A model generated the notes under the pieces. The model had not been told where the DNA came from, did not search any database, and saw nothing but the letters and a program-made list of their open reading frames with translations. A DNA stretch of 64,000 nucleotides from an uncultured delta proteobacterium (lineage in GTDB: Bacteria; Desulfobacterota; Desulfobacteria; Desulfobacterales; JAFDCJ01). Both the position numbers and the translations under genes were made by a program. This document shows, piece by piece, positions 36,900 to 48,822 of this stretch (the stretch's first letter is position 1; every line of letters begins with the position of its first letter). The stretch spans positions 1 to 64,000 of the forward strand of contig CAVYNY010000030.1 in the NCBI GenBank assembly GCA_963769935.1. The letters are read 5' to 3'.

Positions 36900-37025
36900 A
36901 GCACTGACAACTATTATGAGGACTATGATAAGGATGACAAATACTATCAGAAAAAAAAGACAAGGATAAGAATAAATAGTCAGCACAGGTAATAACCCTA
37001 TCGGTTAGCCTGAAAAAGTGGAAGT

Positions 37026-37047
37026 CCGGGGAGCATTTGTTCCCCGG
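37026..37047. terminator. Hairpin downstream of lipoprotein operon
   Basis: CCGGGGAGCA-TT-TGTTCCCCGG; no strong T tract. Confidence 0.4.
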
Positions 37048-37154
37048 ACCCCAAAAATTCAAAGCTATCCCAAAAAAGTTTGTATATTCTATACCCGGCT
37101 GCAAAACTGCAATCTCGCAGCGATAGGCAGCCGAGCAAATTTTATTTAAACGCC

Positions 37155-37784
37155 ATGCGAAGATTTACCAAAAATAGTTTTCTCTATGATTTTTCACCAG
37201 AGCTTGTGAAGGAATGGCACCCTTCGGCCAATGGCATGCTGACACCGAGGACTGTAAAAATTGCCTATCATGGAAGGGTGTGGTGGATTTGCGGCCAAAG
37301 CCATGAATGGCAGGCGACCATTAAATCCCGCCTAAATGGCATGAGTTGCCCGTTTTGTGTGCGGGATGGGAATACCATCAATCGGCAGAAAAACACAAAA
37401 AGCCAAGATTTAAACGCGAAGCAAGAGAAGGACCGGACAGCTCTCCAAACACCCTTTACAGCCTTTGAGTCAGATGGGTCTGATGACAACTTGGGCCACG
37501 ATTTTAGGAAAACCAGGCGCTATATGACCAAGGCTACCGCGGTGCTCGAAAATCGGATCTCCGGACATTGGTTTTATACCGATGTTAAAAATTTTAGCGT
37601 CGGCGGGATGTGCTTCGAATCGGCAGCGCCCGTCAAACCCGGCACACAGATCATTATTAAATTGGATCGTGCGCTTCTCACCCCCAATCGCAAAACTTAC
37701 AATTGTATCGTCAGATGGTGCCGAACATTGGACGATGAGGATAAAACATTTTCCGGATACGCCATCGGCGCGAAATATATTTAA
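37155..37784 (+). CDS. Zinc-ribbon (DUF4379-like) plus PilZ domain protein
   Basis: PELVKEWHP, VWWICGQSHEW, CPFC; RKTRR and NFSVGG PilZ motifs. Confidence 0.75.
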   Translation: MRRFTKNSFLYDFSPELVKEWHPSANGMLTPRTVKIAYHGRVWWICGQSHEWQATIKSRLNGMSCPFCVRDGNTINRQKNTKSQDLNAKQEKDRTALQTPFTAFESDGSDDNLGHDFRKTRRYMTKATAVLENRISGHWFYTDVKNFSVGGMCFESAAPVKPGTQIIIKLDRALLTPNRKTYNCIVRWCRTLDDEDKTFSGYAIGAKYI

Positions 37785-37955
37785 TCCCCCCTGTTGGATC
37801 CTTTTCCCGGATGGGAATCGCAGTATTTAATCTGCCGATTCAGCTGGCAGTCTAAAAAAAAATCCAACCCACCTCCAACAACCGCCGTGAACTGTGGATT
37901 CCAAAGATCGATCACGCGCTTGACAACGATTGCCGGTGTAACCATTTTTATTGAA

Positions 37956-40607
37956 ATGAACCTGCCGCTGAAAATTCTTTTAGTCGAAGACAATCCCAGC
38001 GATGCCGACCTCATCCAGGAGGTTTTGTCTCCCAACGGCTCGATCGACTTTAAAATCGTATGGGTGTCCCGCCTGTGCGATGCACTCGGCCGTCTGGGTG
38101 AAAACGCAACGGACCTCGCGCTTCTGGATCTCGGCCTGCCGGACAGCCAAGGCATCGACACCGTAAGTTCGGTTGCAAAAGCAGCGCCTTATCTTCCGAT
38201 AGTTGTCCTGACCGGCTTGGATGATGAACCAACCGGGATTGCCGCCGTACATGAAGGTGCCCAGGATTATCTCTTCAAAGGAGATATAAATCCTAATTTG
38301 CTCCGGCGCGCCATTAATTATGCGATGGAACGTAAGAAGATTGAACAGGAACTGAAAGCGAGTGAGACAAGGTTTAAAGAAATATTTGACCATACCGACA
38401 ATGGGGTTGCCGTTTATCGGGCTATAAACGACGGGCACAATTTTATCCTGACGGATCTTAACAAATCAGTTGAGAGAATTGAAAGCATACACCGGATTGA
38501 GGTTATCGGACAAAAAGCAACCCATATCTTTCCCGGCCTGGAGGATTGCGGACTTCTGGAAGTTTTTCAGCGGGTGTGGCTTACCGGTAATCCCGAACAC
38601 CCGCCCATATTTTATTATAAAGATCAGAGGATTTGCGGGTGGCGTGACAGCTATATTAATAAACTCCCATCCGGTGAAATTGTCGCCATTTACAGCGATG
38701 AAACCCAACGCATCCAAGCGCAGCAGGAGTTAAAAGAATCCGAACAGCGATATCGGACAGCCATTGAACATTCCAATGACGGGGTGGCAATTTTGAGGGA
38801 GATGCGGCATGTATATGTCAATCAAAAATATCTTGAAATTTTCGACTACCGGCAACCCGAAGCGCTCATCGACCACCCTATTTCCAAAATACTGCATCCG
38901 GATGATGCGCAAAACGTATTGGATCTCATAAATCGCAGGGAAAAAGGGGAGCCCGCGCCTTCGCGGTATGAATGCAAAGGACTTAAGAAAGATGGACAGA
39001 CCGTATACATCGAAGCCTCGGTTGCCCAAACAACCTTTCAGGGCGATACGGTTACGCTGGCCTATCTGAGAGATATTACCCCGAGAAGAAAGGCCGAAGA
39101 AGACCGCCTGCGCCTGGCAACAGCTATTGAACAGGCATCTGAAATTGTCCTCATCACCAATCGGGATGGCGATATTTTGTATGGTAATCCGGCCCTCGAA
39201 AAAATTTCCGGCTACAATAAAGCGGAACTTATCGGTCAAAATCCCAGAATTCTGAAAAGCGGCAAACATGATCGCGCATTTTATCAATCTATGTGGGGTA
39301 CCTTGATTAGCGGCAATGTGTGGAAAGGTCGCATCGTCAACCGCAGAAAGGACGGAAGTTTGTACGAGGAGGACGCAACTATCACACCGATAAAAGACGC
39401 CAGCGGCGACATAACCAATTACGTTGCCGTGAAACGCGATGTTACCGAGGAGATCAGAAAAGAAAGGCAGCTCCGCCAGGCCCAAAAAATGGAGGCCATC
39501 GGAACCCTAGCAGGTGGAATTGCCCATGATTTCAACAATATTCTGTCTGCCATCATCGGTTATGCGGAACTCACACTGGAGAAAGTCCAAAATAATGAAT
39601 CCCTCCGAAATTACCTGAATGAAATATTCAATGCCGGCGTCCGCGCCAAAGATCTGGTAAAGCAGATACTGGCCTTCAGTCGTCAATCAGAGGAGGAACT
39701 CAGACCGGTTCAAGTCGATCTCATTGTAAAAGAAGTGTTAAAACTGCTCAGGGCCTCCTTGCCGACCACCATCGCGATTCATCAAAACATCCGCAGCAAC
39801 AAGTCGGTGCTGGCAGATCCAACCCAGATTCATCAAATTCTGATGAATCTGGGTACCAATGCCGGCCATTCCATGCGGGATAAAGGCGGTTTATTGGAGG
39901 TAAGTCTTGTTGTTGAGGAATTGGATACCGGGTTTGCGGCCAGGTATCCCGAAGTTACACCCGGCCCCTACCTGAAACTGAGCGTCTGCGATACCGGCCA
40001 CGGGATCTCCCCTGAAAATTTGGACAAAATATTTGATCCGTTTTTTACTACAAAAAAAAGAGGAGAAGGCACCGGAATGGGCTTAGCTGTTGTTCATGGT
40101 ATTGTCAGGAGCCTCGGCGGTGCGATAACGGTTTACAGCGAGTTGGAGAAAGGTACGACTTTTACTGTTTATCTTCCGGTCATCGGCTTGGACAGCACGC
40201 TGGAAATAAAAACAAAGGAACCGCTGCCCTTAGGCACCGAGCGTATCCTCTTCGTTGACGACGAGAAGACTTTGGCCGATTTAGGAAGAAAAATGCTGGA
40301 GCAGCATGGTTATGTGGTAACCACCCGGACCAGCAGTACGGAAGCGCTGGAGCTGTTTAAATCCCAACCGGATGAATTCGATATGGTTATTACCGACTTG
40401 ACCATGCCCAATATGACAGGAAAATATTTAGCGCAGGAAATAATGAAGATACGGCCGAACATACCGGTTATTATCTGCACGGGGTTCAGTGAGGAGGTTA
40501 CCGGCGAAACGGCCAAAGCTGCCGGCATCAAAGCGTTTATCCACAAACCGATGACCAGCGCAGTGCTTATTACTACCGTTCAAAAGGTGTTAAATCATCA
40601 TTTATAA
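37956..40607 (+). CDS. Cytoplasmic hybrid histidine kinase REC-PAS-PAS-PAS-HisKA-HATPase-REC
   Basis: [18 protein letters not shown] repeats, [29 protein letters not shown]. Confidence 0.92.
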   Translation: MNLPLKILLVEDNPSDADLIQEVLSPNGSIDFKIVWVSRLCDALGRLGENATDLALLDLGLPDSQGIDTVSSVAKAAPYLPIVVLTGLDDEPTGIAAVHEGAQDYLFKGDINPNLLRRAINYAMERKKIEQELKASETRFKEIFDHTDNGVAVYRAINDGHNFILTDLNKSVERIESIHRIEVIGQKATHIFPGLEDCGLLEVFQRVWLTGNPEHPPIFYYKDQRICGWRDSYINKLPSGEIVAIYSDETQRIQAQQELKESEQRYRTAIEHSNDGVAILREMRHVYVNQKYLEIFDYRQPEALIDHPISKILHPDDAQNVLDLINRREKGEPAPSRYECKGLKKDGQTVYIEASVAQTTFQGDTVTLAYLRDITPRRKAEEDRLRLATAIEQASEIVLITNRDGDILYGNPALEKISGYNKAELIGQNPRILKSGKHDRAFYQSMWGTLISGNVWKGRIVNRRKDGSLYEEDATITPIKDASGDITNYVAVKRDVTEEIRKERQLRQAQKMEAIGTLAGGIAHDFNNILSAIIGYAELTLEKVQNNESLRNYLNEIFNAGVRAKDLVKQILAFSRQSEEELRPVQVDLIVKEVLKLLRASLPTTIAIHQNIRSNKSVLADPTQIHQILMNLGTNAGHSMRDKGGLLEVSLVVEELDTGFAARYPEVTPGPYLKLSVCDTGHGISPENLDKIFDPFFTTKKRGEGTGMGLAVVHGIVRSLGGAITVYSELEKGTTFTVYLPVIGLDSTLEIKTKEPLPLGTERILFVDDEKTLADLGRKMLEQHGYVVTTRTSSTEALELFKSQPDEFDMVITDLTMPNMTGKYLAQEIMKIRPNIPVIICTGFSEEVTGETAKAAGIKAFIHKPMTSAVLITTVQKVLNHHL

Positions 40608-40656
40608 AGGCATCTAACCAGATTCGACAAACTCCGATAGTGAGCCGCCGGTGGCC

Positions 40657-40711
40657 GTATCCTTGTATCCGATATTCACCATCCAGCATCCAGTATCCAC
40701 CATCCGGCATC
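40657..40711. repeat. Heptamer array (CATCCAG)
   Basis: gtatccttgtatcc ... catccagcatccagtatccaccatccggcatc between convergent genes. Confidence 0.7.
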
Positions 40712-41054
40712 AATCTCCTATCTTTTTCAGCACCTGACTTTCCTCGCCCTTGTCCATATCGTCCAGCGCATAGCCAAGTGCCGCCTCCAGGAGGGTAGAC
40801 TTGTTATCGATGGCAACACCGGCCAGCTTTAATTCGTGAAACTTGTGGTTAAACCGGTTGAGGAGATCAACGGAAAGATAAAATCCGGCTTTCTTTTTGG
40901 CCGCCGCTGGAACGGCTGGTCCGGTATTGGCTGCTGCTCCGGACGGCGCAGCATCGTCTTGCGGCAAATGCCGGGGATACCCTGTGGCGGTTTCCACCGG
41001 GTCCAACCCTTCTTCATCGAAAAAATCAGGTGTTTTTTTCCTTCCGGGCGCCAT
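40710..41054 (-). CDS. Small ParA partner, putative C-terminal ribbon-helix-helix protein
   Basis: Overlaps parA 3' end; disordered N-terminus, then KKAGFYLS strand and two helices (KSTLLEAAL). Confidence 0.6.
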   Translation of the reverse strand: MAPGRKKTPDFFDEEGLDPVETATGYPRHLPQDDAAPSGAAANTGPAVPAAAKKKAGFYLSVDLLNRFNHKFHELKLAGVAIDNKSTLLEAALGYALDDMDKGEESQVLKKIGD

Positions 41055-41811
41055 GATTTATAATCCTCCTGATCAAATTTTGGTAATCCTGGGCGCCCTG
41101 GGCCCGGGCGTCGTATTCAAATATGGACTGCCCGTGGGCCGGGGCTTCGGACAAACGAACATTGTAGTGAATGGGATCGCATAGTTGCCGGTTGAAAAAT
41201 TTCTGAAGCTGTTCGAAAATTTCCTGGCTGTGCCGCGTTCTGCGATCAAACATCGTGGGCAATATGTATTCCAGCCGCAGATTGAGGTTTAATTTCTGGG
41301 CCGATTGCAGGTACCTGAAAAAAGTTTTTAAACCCTGCAGCGAAGGCCCCTGCAAGGCAACCGGACACAGGACTTCAGTTGCCGCCATGAGGATGTTGAC
41401 GCTCAGCACATCCCAGCCCGGCGCGCAATCAAAAATCAGAAAATCCAGCGAACCCTCTTTGGGAACCAGTTTTTGGGCCAGAACGGTTTGCCGAATCTCC
41501 CGGGACTGCTCCCCCAGCCAGTTTTTCAATTCCACCAGCCGGATACCGCCATCCAGAATCCAAAGGTTTGGCCGGGTTGGATGGATGGTATCGTTTTTAG
41601 AGATATGCTGCCCGTCTTCCAGATGCTCGGTAATGAATTCATAAAGTCCGTAGCTCGGTTTTTCGCCTAAAAATTTAGCGACCTGCCCTTGGGTATCGCA
41701 GTCGACGAGCAATACCCGCTTTCCCTGCGCGGCGAGCCCGCATGCCAGATTAACGGCAGTGGTGGTTTTCCCCACCCCGCCTTTGGCCATGGCAACAGCA
41801 ATTTTTCGCAT
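41026..41811 (-). CDS. ParA/Soj family ATPase
   Basis: Deviant Walker A KGGVGKTT, LLVDCDTQG, IFDCAP, VRLSEAP. Confidence 0.92.
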   Translation of the reverse strand: MRKIAVAMAKGGVGKTTTAVNLACGLAAQGKRVLLVDCDTQGQVAKFLGEKPSYGLYEFITEHLEDGQHISKNDTIHPTRPNLWILDGGIRLVELKNWLGEQSREIRQTVLAQKLVPKEGSLDFLIFDCAPGWDVLSVNILMAATEVLCPVALQGPSLQGLKTFFRYLQSAQKLNLNLRLEYILPTMFDRRTRHSQEIFEQLQKFFNRQLCDPIHYNVRLSEAPAHGQSIFEYDARAQGAQDYQNLIRRIINHGARKEKNT

Positions 41812-42016
41812 GCGGCAATTCCTTTTCTTATATTCTCGAACTCTTCTGTTCGTATATTATAGAATTATTCCTTAGATGACAAGCATATATGTACAATTTA
41901 ATTTTTTTCAGTTTGATTGAGTAGCAGGCATTCTGGAATCTCAGAGCTGAATGAAGAAGCAGATCATAAGCTGTTAAGCTGATCAGCTGTTAAGCAAAAA
42001 GGAATAAGAATCAAAT

Positions 42017-42847
42017 TCATCTCTGCCCCGTAAGATAGTTTTGATCGAGACGGCCTTCTATAATCGGTAGCGTGTCAAGGGCGGGTGGATGGAAATGAAA
42101 AATATATTCTAAAAACAAGGCGGTAATTCGAAAGGTCGCACCCCAGAGAATTTCGATGCCGCTGCTGTTTTGGAACTGAAAGCAGGGATAGTCGCGGGTC
42201 AAATTCGATGGCTCTGCATCGGCAGGGATTTTCATATGCAAGCGATAGCACCTGTAATTTGCAGAATTCAACAATTCCTGCAGGGGGACATAGAGGATCT
42301 TATCAACTTCCCAATTCGGGAAAAACCGCTGCTGGCGCCGAACCCAGGTAACCATGGGGTATATTTTGCGCTGAAACATCACCAGTTTTTGGGGCGGCAA
42401 CGGACCCAGAAATTTGGCGCCGAAGGGATTTAACCGCATTTCTTCCAAACCTTCCCGCAAACCCGTGGCCCATAAAAGGGCCAGCATCCGGGCTGACTGC
42501 GGATGAACCCGTTTCCAGTGAGACCAGTAGGGCCAGCGGCCAAGAGATGTGATCGGCAGCGAAAAAAGTTTTGCCAGGGGCGCATCAAGGCGGGGAGTTA
42601 TGCTTCCGCCGGGGAAGCAAAGATCCCCGGGTTGCCTGACTCTTAATGATCTTTTGTTTAAAATCAGGCAGGGCTTAGCGGATCTATTTTTTTTACCACG
42701 CTCAAGTCCCAGCAACAGTAGTACACTGGCGCCGGTTTGCCGATTCAGCTCAGAGTCGGAAAATACTTTGGCGGCATCGGTTCGCTCATGCAGTCTGCGA
42801 ATAATTCGGCGAAGCAAGGCGGTCTTGTCGTTTAAAATCTGCAGCAT
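42017..42847 (-). CDS. Nudix hydrolase, CoA-pyrophosphatase-like, with insertion in the Nudix box
   Basis: ASVLLLL, NKRS, QPGDLCFPGG, LREGLEEM, EV, LWGATF. Confidence 0.7.
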   Translation of the reverse strand: MLQILNDKTALLRRIIRRLHERTDAAKVFSDSELNRQTGASVLLLLGLERGKKNRSAKPCLILNKRSLRVRQPGDLCFPGGSITPRLDAPLAKLFSLPITSLGRWPYWSHWKRVHPQSARMLALLWATGLREGLEEMRLNPFGAKFLGPLPPQKLVMFQRKIYPMVTWVRRQQRFFPNWEVDKILYVPLQELLNSANYRCYRLHMKIPADAEPSNLTRDYPCFQFQNSSGIEILWGATFRITALFLEYIFHFHPPALDTLPIIEGRLDQNYLTGQR

Positions 42848-42895
42848 GATCTTTTATGCCATTAATTCTCTTTCCCGGCAAGACCCGATCATGAA

Positions 42896-43180
42896 TGCGA
42901 GCTGCGGGTTGTGAGGTACGGGGTGCGTGTTGCGGGGTACGGGGTGCGAGGAATGGCATAGGGCATGGCGCAGAGCGTAAAAAGATGGAAGATGGGAGGG
43001 TGAGAGGTGAGAAAAAACTGGATAGGTGGGATGACGGAAAGATGGGTCTCCTGAATACTTAAGAGCTTACAAACTTAAGAGCTCACGAGCTTATGAACTT
43101 AACAGCTTACCAGCTTCCAGCCTCTGTCGTCTGTTTTCTGCCCTCTGTCGTCTGTTTTCTGTCCTCTGTCCTCTGGCACC
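42896..43180. repeat. Composite array of tandem repeat modules, reverse-complement order of 2560-2919
   Basis: gcgggtt/cggggtg; ggcatag/ggcatgg; gatggaa/ggtgaga; aagagctt; cagctta; ctctgtc, including duplicated cctctgtcgtctgttttctg. Confidence 0.85.
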
Positions 43181-44136
43181 TAGAGCGACCGGATCTCTTG
43201 CCGCATGAACACGATGTAGGAGACTGCAAAACAAATGATGGTGACGGCGACCAGAGAAATAATGTAGGGGATGACGATCAGGATACTCTGACTCAAAGGC
43301 AGAGGACCTGAAAAGCGGGACATGGAAAGATTTTCCAGCGGACCCACTGAGATAATTGAGCGGGTGGATTTACGCATGGGATCGATAATGGTTGCGGTGG
43401 CGTCCGTATAAAGTTCCATAGGTGAAATAAGAGTCAGGGATTTTACAAATTTCGCTTGCTTCACGACGGCTTCCGGATTTTGCGGCGATGTATCACTGGC
43501 CAGGGCATTGGCGACAACATTGGCCCCGATTGTCACAAAAAACGAAAAAAAGATCCACAACGCCAACGACGCCAGGGCGGAGGTCGCCGTGCTGCGAAAA
43601 AATATGGAAAATAGAATAGCAACTCCCAGCCAGAAGGAGATATAGATGATACTGATAATTAAATAAATAATAATTCGCCAGATTTCTTCCATGCCGGGAA
43701 CGATACCCATGACAACCAGTCCCAGGCCGGTGATAACCAGCACAATGGACACCATCATGATGGCGATCATCACCACACCGGCCAAAAACTTGCCGTTGAT
43801 GACCACATCACGGTAAATGGGCTGGGAGAGCAGTTTGCTCAGAGTGCCCTCGTTACGCTCGCGGTTGATGGTGTCAAAACCCAGTATCAGTCCTACCAGG
43901 GGGCCGAAAAATGCCACGAACTGTACCAGCGAAAACATCGCTCCGGGAGCGGTAAATAGCATCAGAAAAATGAAGCGGGGTTTGGCAACGCCCTCCAGTT
44001 CATGTCGGATATTGAGGCCGACCATATAGGCGGTGATCAGGCTTACCATGGCAATCAAAGCAAATATGATGGTAAACCGATAGCTGCTGAAATGATCTGC
44101 CAGTTCTTTTTTAACGATGACGTTAACTCCGCTCAC
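43180..44136 (-). CDS. ABC-2 type transporter permease (GTG start after GGAGG)
   Basis: KKELADHF, GFDTINRERNEGTLSKLLSQP, GKFL, FMRQEIR. Confidence 0.88.
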   Translation of the reverse strand: MSGVNVIVKKELADHFSSYRFTIIFALIAMVSLITAYMVGLNIRHELEGVAKPRFIFLMLFTAPGAMFSLVQFVAFFGPLVGLILGFDTINRERNEGTLSKLLSQPIYRDVVINGKFLAGVVMIAIMMVSIVLVITGLGLVVMGIVPGMEEIWRIIIYLIISIIYISFWLGVAILFSIFFRSTATSALASLALWIFFSFFVTIGANVVANALASDTSPQNPEAVVKQAKFVKSLTLISPMELYTDATATIIDPMRKSTRSIISVGPLENLSMSRFSGPLPLSQSILIVIPYIISLVAVTIICFAVSYIVFMRQEIRSL

Positions 44137-44138
44137 GG

Positions 44139-44891
44139 CTATGCCTCCTGGAAATATTTCATGTAAAGTTCTTCTAAGGTATACTTCTCCTGCCCGATGC
44201 CAAGTTTTTCCCGGGCCAGTCGGTCCATAGATCCATGAGCCACCATGCGGCCTTTGATCATGATGCCCACCCGATGGCAAATCCTTTGAACCTGATGCAG
44301 CATGTGGCTGGAGAGCAGAATCGTCATTTTTTTATCGCGGCATAAACCCTCAATCAACTCCATCATGCGGTTGGTCGCATCCGGATCCAAACCGAGGGTC
44401 GGCTCGTCCAGAAACGCCACTTTGGAATCTTTGATCAGCAGCTCGGCCAGACCGAGACGCTGCCGCATTCCCCGGGAGTAGGCGCCGATTTTTTTTAGCG
44501 ATTCGCTGGCCAATCCCACAGACTCAAGGGCGTTTTGAATGCGGCGGTCGGCATCGCCGCCCGAAATACCGTTCAAGTCGGCGACAAAACGCAGCATCTG
44601 GACGGCATTTAAGTCGTTGTAAAATCCCATGTTTTCCTGCAGATAGCCGATCTTCGATTTCACCTTGATCGGCTCCCGGGTGGGGTCGAGCCCCAGAACT
44701 TTGGCAGTGCCGCTGGTGGGCTCCGTCAAACCCAGCAGCATCAGCAGCGTGGTTGTTTTTCCGGCCCCGTTGGGACCCAGAAATCCAAAAATTTCACCTT
44801 CATTTACCGTAAAGGTAAGGTGATCCACGGCCGTAGCGCCGTTGTATATTTTAGTCAGCGCATCAGTTTCAATAATTGACCGGGTTTCCAT
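44139..44891 (-). CDS. ABC transporter ATP-binding protein
   Basis: GPNGAGKTT, YSRGMRQR, FLDEPT, LSSH. Confidence 0.93.
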   Translation of the reverse strand: METRSIIETDALTKIYNGATAVDHLTFTVNEGEIFGFLGPNGAGKTTTLLMLLGLTEPTSGTAKVLGLDPTREPIKVKSKIGYLQENMGFYNDLNAVQMLRFVADLNGISGGDADRRIQNALESVGLASESLKKIGAYSRGMRQRLGLAELLIKDSKVAFLDEPTLGLDPDATNRMMELIEGLCRDKKMTILLSSHMLHQVQRICHRVGIMIKGRMVAHGSMDRLAREKLGIGQEKYTLEELYMKYFQEA

Positions 44892-44892
44892 T

Positions 44893-46107
44893 TCAGCGCC
44901 TTCCTATCCAGCGGAATGTGCCGAAAAGTCCGCCAATCACCGCCACAATGATACCGATGCCGATCCAGCCCCAGGCAGCCGAAGCCTTGACAGTGGTCCG
45001 AAACTCAATCATCTTCTGCGCTTTTTCGCCCTCGACATTGACACTGACCGAGTAGTCTCCCACCAGTGCATCTTCGTAAGGCGTGATGGATACTTCAACC
45101 TGCTTGAGATCACCGGGTTCGATGACGTCTATCTTCTCGGGAGTAAATTCAACCTTCCAGTTTTCAGGCTTAAAGGACATGAACTTGATGTTATGATTGG
45201 CGGCCGACCCGGTATTCTTGACATAGAAAGAAATATTGGCGGTTTTGCCCTGCCTGGCGTCCAGCGACAGCAGGCCGCTGGGCGTTCCGACTTCCAGACT
45301 GTAGGTACCGGTCAGAATGACCGCTAATTTTACTTCGCCCTTGGCGTCGCCGGAACTCACGCGGACATTGATCGGGTATTTACCGGCTGCAGCCATGGGG
45401 GGCGGCTTTACCTCAACCGCAATGGACTGGTTCTGATTCGGTTTCAGTCGCAGGCTGGTGATATACTTGCTTTCATAGGCCGGCTTGAAATTGATTTCCC
45501 AGTCTTTGGGACCGCTGGCGAAAAGATCAAAGACCGCGTCTTTGTCCAGTTTGCTGTCCACATCCACGGAGAACTCAAAGGTTGCATCAGAGGCTCCGCT
45601 TATCTCCGGGTAGGAGGTCGTCAGCTTAACCCCCCGGTCTGCCGTCGATTTTGCCTCCGCTGCGGTGACATCCACCTGGATATTCTGTGCCATCTTGAAT
45701 TCGCCGTCCTCGGTTTTGGCTTCAACCCGGAAGTTGTATTTTCCGGGTGTGACATCTTTGCCCGGCTCGGCTTCAAAAGTCAGGGTTTTGTCTTCGCCGC
45801 TCGGAACATAAACACCGGTCACGGTATAGCGGTAGGTTTTGATTTTAGCTTTCCAGCCTTTGGGAATCTCGGAAATCCAGACATCTGCAGTTTCACCGCT
45901 TTTACCCTTGTTGTGAAAGACAATATCCATGCTCACATTTTCATCCGGAGGCACGACAACACCCGGGTATTCGGCGGCCATGGAAAGGGATCTTGCGGGT
46001 CTGTCATCGGCTTTTTCAGTCGCAAAACAAATGCCCGCACTCAACACCAATGCGGAGACCAGCAGGGCTACGAATATAAGGTTGCGACCCGTTTTAGCAC
46101 AATTCAT
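44893..46107 (-). CDS. Exported NEW3/COG1470-like Ig-fold repeat protein with C-terminal membrane anchor
   Basis: Signal peptide; three PxxW...G.Y.V.V repeats; C-terminal TM WGWIGIGIIVAVIGGL plus GRR. Confidence 0.75.
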   Translation of the reverse strand: MNCAKTGRNLIFVALLVSALVLSAGICFATEKADDRPARSLSMAAEYPGVVVPPDENVSMDIVFHNKGKSGETADVWISEIPKGWKAKIKTYRYTVTGVYVPSGEDKTLTFEAEPGKDVTPGKYNFRVEAKTEDGEFKMAQNIQVDVTAAEAKSTADRGVKLTTSYPEISGASDATFEFSVDVDSKLDKDAVFDLFASGPKDWEINFKPAYESKYITSLRLKPNQNQSIAVEVKPPPMAAAGKYPINVRVSSGDAKGEVKLAVILTGTYSLEVGTPSGLLSLDARQGKTANISFYVKNTGSAANHNIKFMSFKPENWKVEFTPEKIDVIEPGDLKQVEVSITPYEDALVGDYSVSVNVEGEKAQKMIEFRTTVKASAAWGWIGIGIIVAVIGGLFGTFRWIGRR

Positions 46108-46145
46108 TGGAAACTTCTCCTTTGCATATTTAATATGAATGCATC

Positions 46146-46176
46146 TCAAAGGGTGGTCATTCTGACCACCCTTTGA
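46146..46176 (-). terminator. Perfect 14-bp hairpin after groEL
   Basis: TCAAAGGGTGGTCA-TTC-TGACCACCCTTTGA; only a short T run. Confidence 0.7.
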
Positions 46177-46212
46177 TGATTTTGCTGCCCCGATCGAGTA
46201 GGCCGTAAGCTG

Positions 46213-47853
<1,641 letters not shown>

Positions 47854-47856
47854 TTA

Positions 47857-48144
47857 CTATTCTAATACGCCGAGGATATCATCCTCGCTCATAAAAAGGT
47901 GTTCGACTCCGTCTATCTTAATTTCCGTTCCGGCATACTTGGAGAAAAGAATGTGATCGCCGACCTTAACATCCATCGGCGTTCGCTGGCCATCATCATC
48001 CATCTTGCCGGGACCGGCGGCTACAACTTTCCCACGCTGGGGTTTCTCCTTGGCAGTGTCCGGGATGATAATTCCCCCGGGACTTTTGGCTTCTTCGTCA
48101 ACTCGCAGAACTAAAAGACGATCATTGAGGGGTTTGATCTTCAT
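47857..48144 (-). CDS. groS: Co-chaperonin GroES
   Basis: [28 protein letters not shown]. Confidence 0.98.
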   Translation of the reverse strand: MKIKPLNDRLLVLRVDEEAKSPGGIIIPDTAKEKPQRGKVVAAGPGKMDDDGQRTPMDVKVGDHILFSKYAGTEIKIDGVEHLFMSEDDILGVLE

Positions 48145-48347
48145 ACTTTTTTACCTCCTTGCTAAAGGTTTTTTCGGCGGATCCAGATTAAATAGTTTCA
48201 GCCGCGGCCGGTTATTGCCGCCGATCCGGTTCACCGGCATGCCGCCTACTTTTTAACGATCTGATCCCCGGCCGACATCAGGGCATTTAAAGATATAATG
48301 CCTATTATATCAATATGTTAAATAGTTTTCATGCGTGTTCCGGCAAA

Positions 48348-48375
48348 AGTATAATCACCGTTGTAAACTTGTCAA
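48348..48375 (-). promoter_or_regulatory. Candidate sigma70 promoter for groESL
   Basis: Minus strand TTGACA-N16-TATACT. Confidence 0.6.
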
Positions 48376-48442
48376 GAGGCGGTACTACCGACACAATGAT
48401 GATATCTGAAATAAGTTTGGTAAACCTTCGAGCCGGGACGGT

Positions 48443-48822
48443 GCGCTGCCGCGCCAGTTCACAGCTCGTAGCTGATGGCTCATAGGGAATAAGGAGGAAG
48501 GTGGAAAGCTCGGACGGTGGGAAGGTGAGGCGCTGGCGCGCCAGCTCATAGCTGAAAGGGAAAAGAAGGAACGTGGGATGGTGAGAGGGTAAGAAGCTAA
48601 GAAGGTTAGAAGATAAGAAGAGCAGAAGGTGAAAAAAACCGGATATTCACGGTCTCAATGCCTTTTTGCCGTGCGCCTTTATCCTTTGGCCTTTATCCTT
48701 TAACCTTTTACCTATCAACCATCAGCTCCGACCTATCAACCGGTGCCCCAACGCCGCCCCGCAATGTGCAACCCGCTACCCGTATTCAATATTCAATCTT
48801 AAATCTTCAGTCTTCAATATCT
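48443..48822. repeat. Composite tandem repeat array, G/A-rich left half and C/T-rich right half
   Basis: gcgctg(c/g)cgcgccag x2; agaagNNN octamers; cctttat/cctttgg; ctatcaacc x2; ttcaatc. Confidence 0.85.

Noticed and set aside
32456..42000. Integrated genomic island at tRNA-Val
   Set aside because: No integrase and no duplicated tRNA 3' end seen in the window; genes look accessory but there is no att evidence.
2560..43180. The two reciprocal arrays as attL/attR of a 40-kb integrated element
   Set aside because: The enclosed DNA is core housekeeping (lpx, bamA, lysS, trpS); one asymmetric cassette in two orientations explains the pattern more simply.
48144..48420. CIRCE element for groESL
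   Set aside because: No TTAGCACTC-N9-GAGTGCTAA match found.
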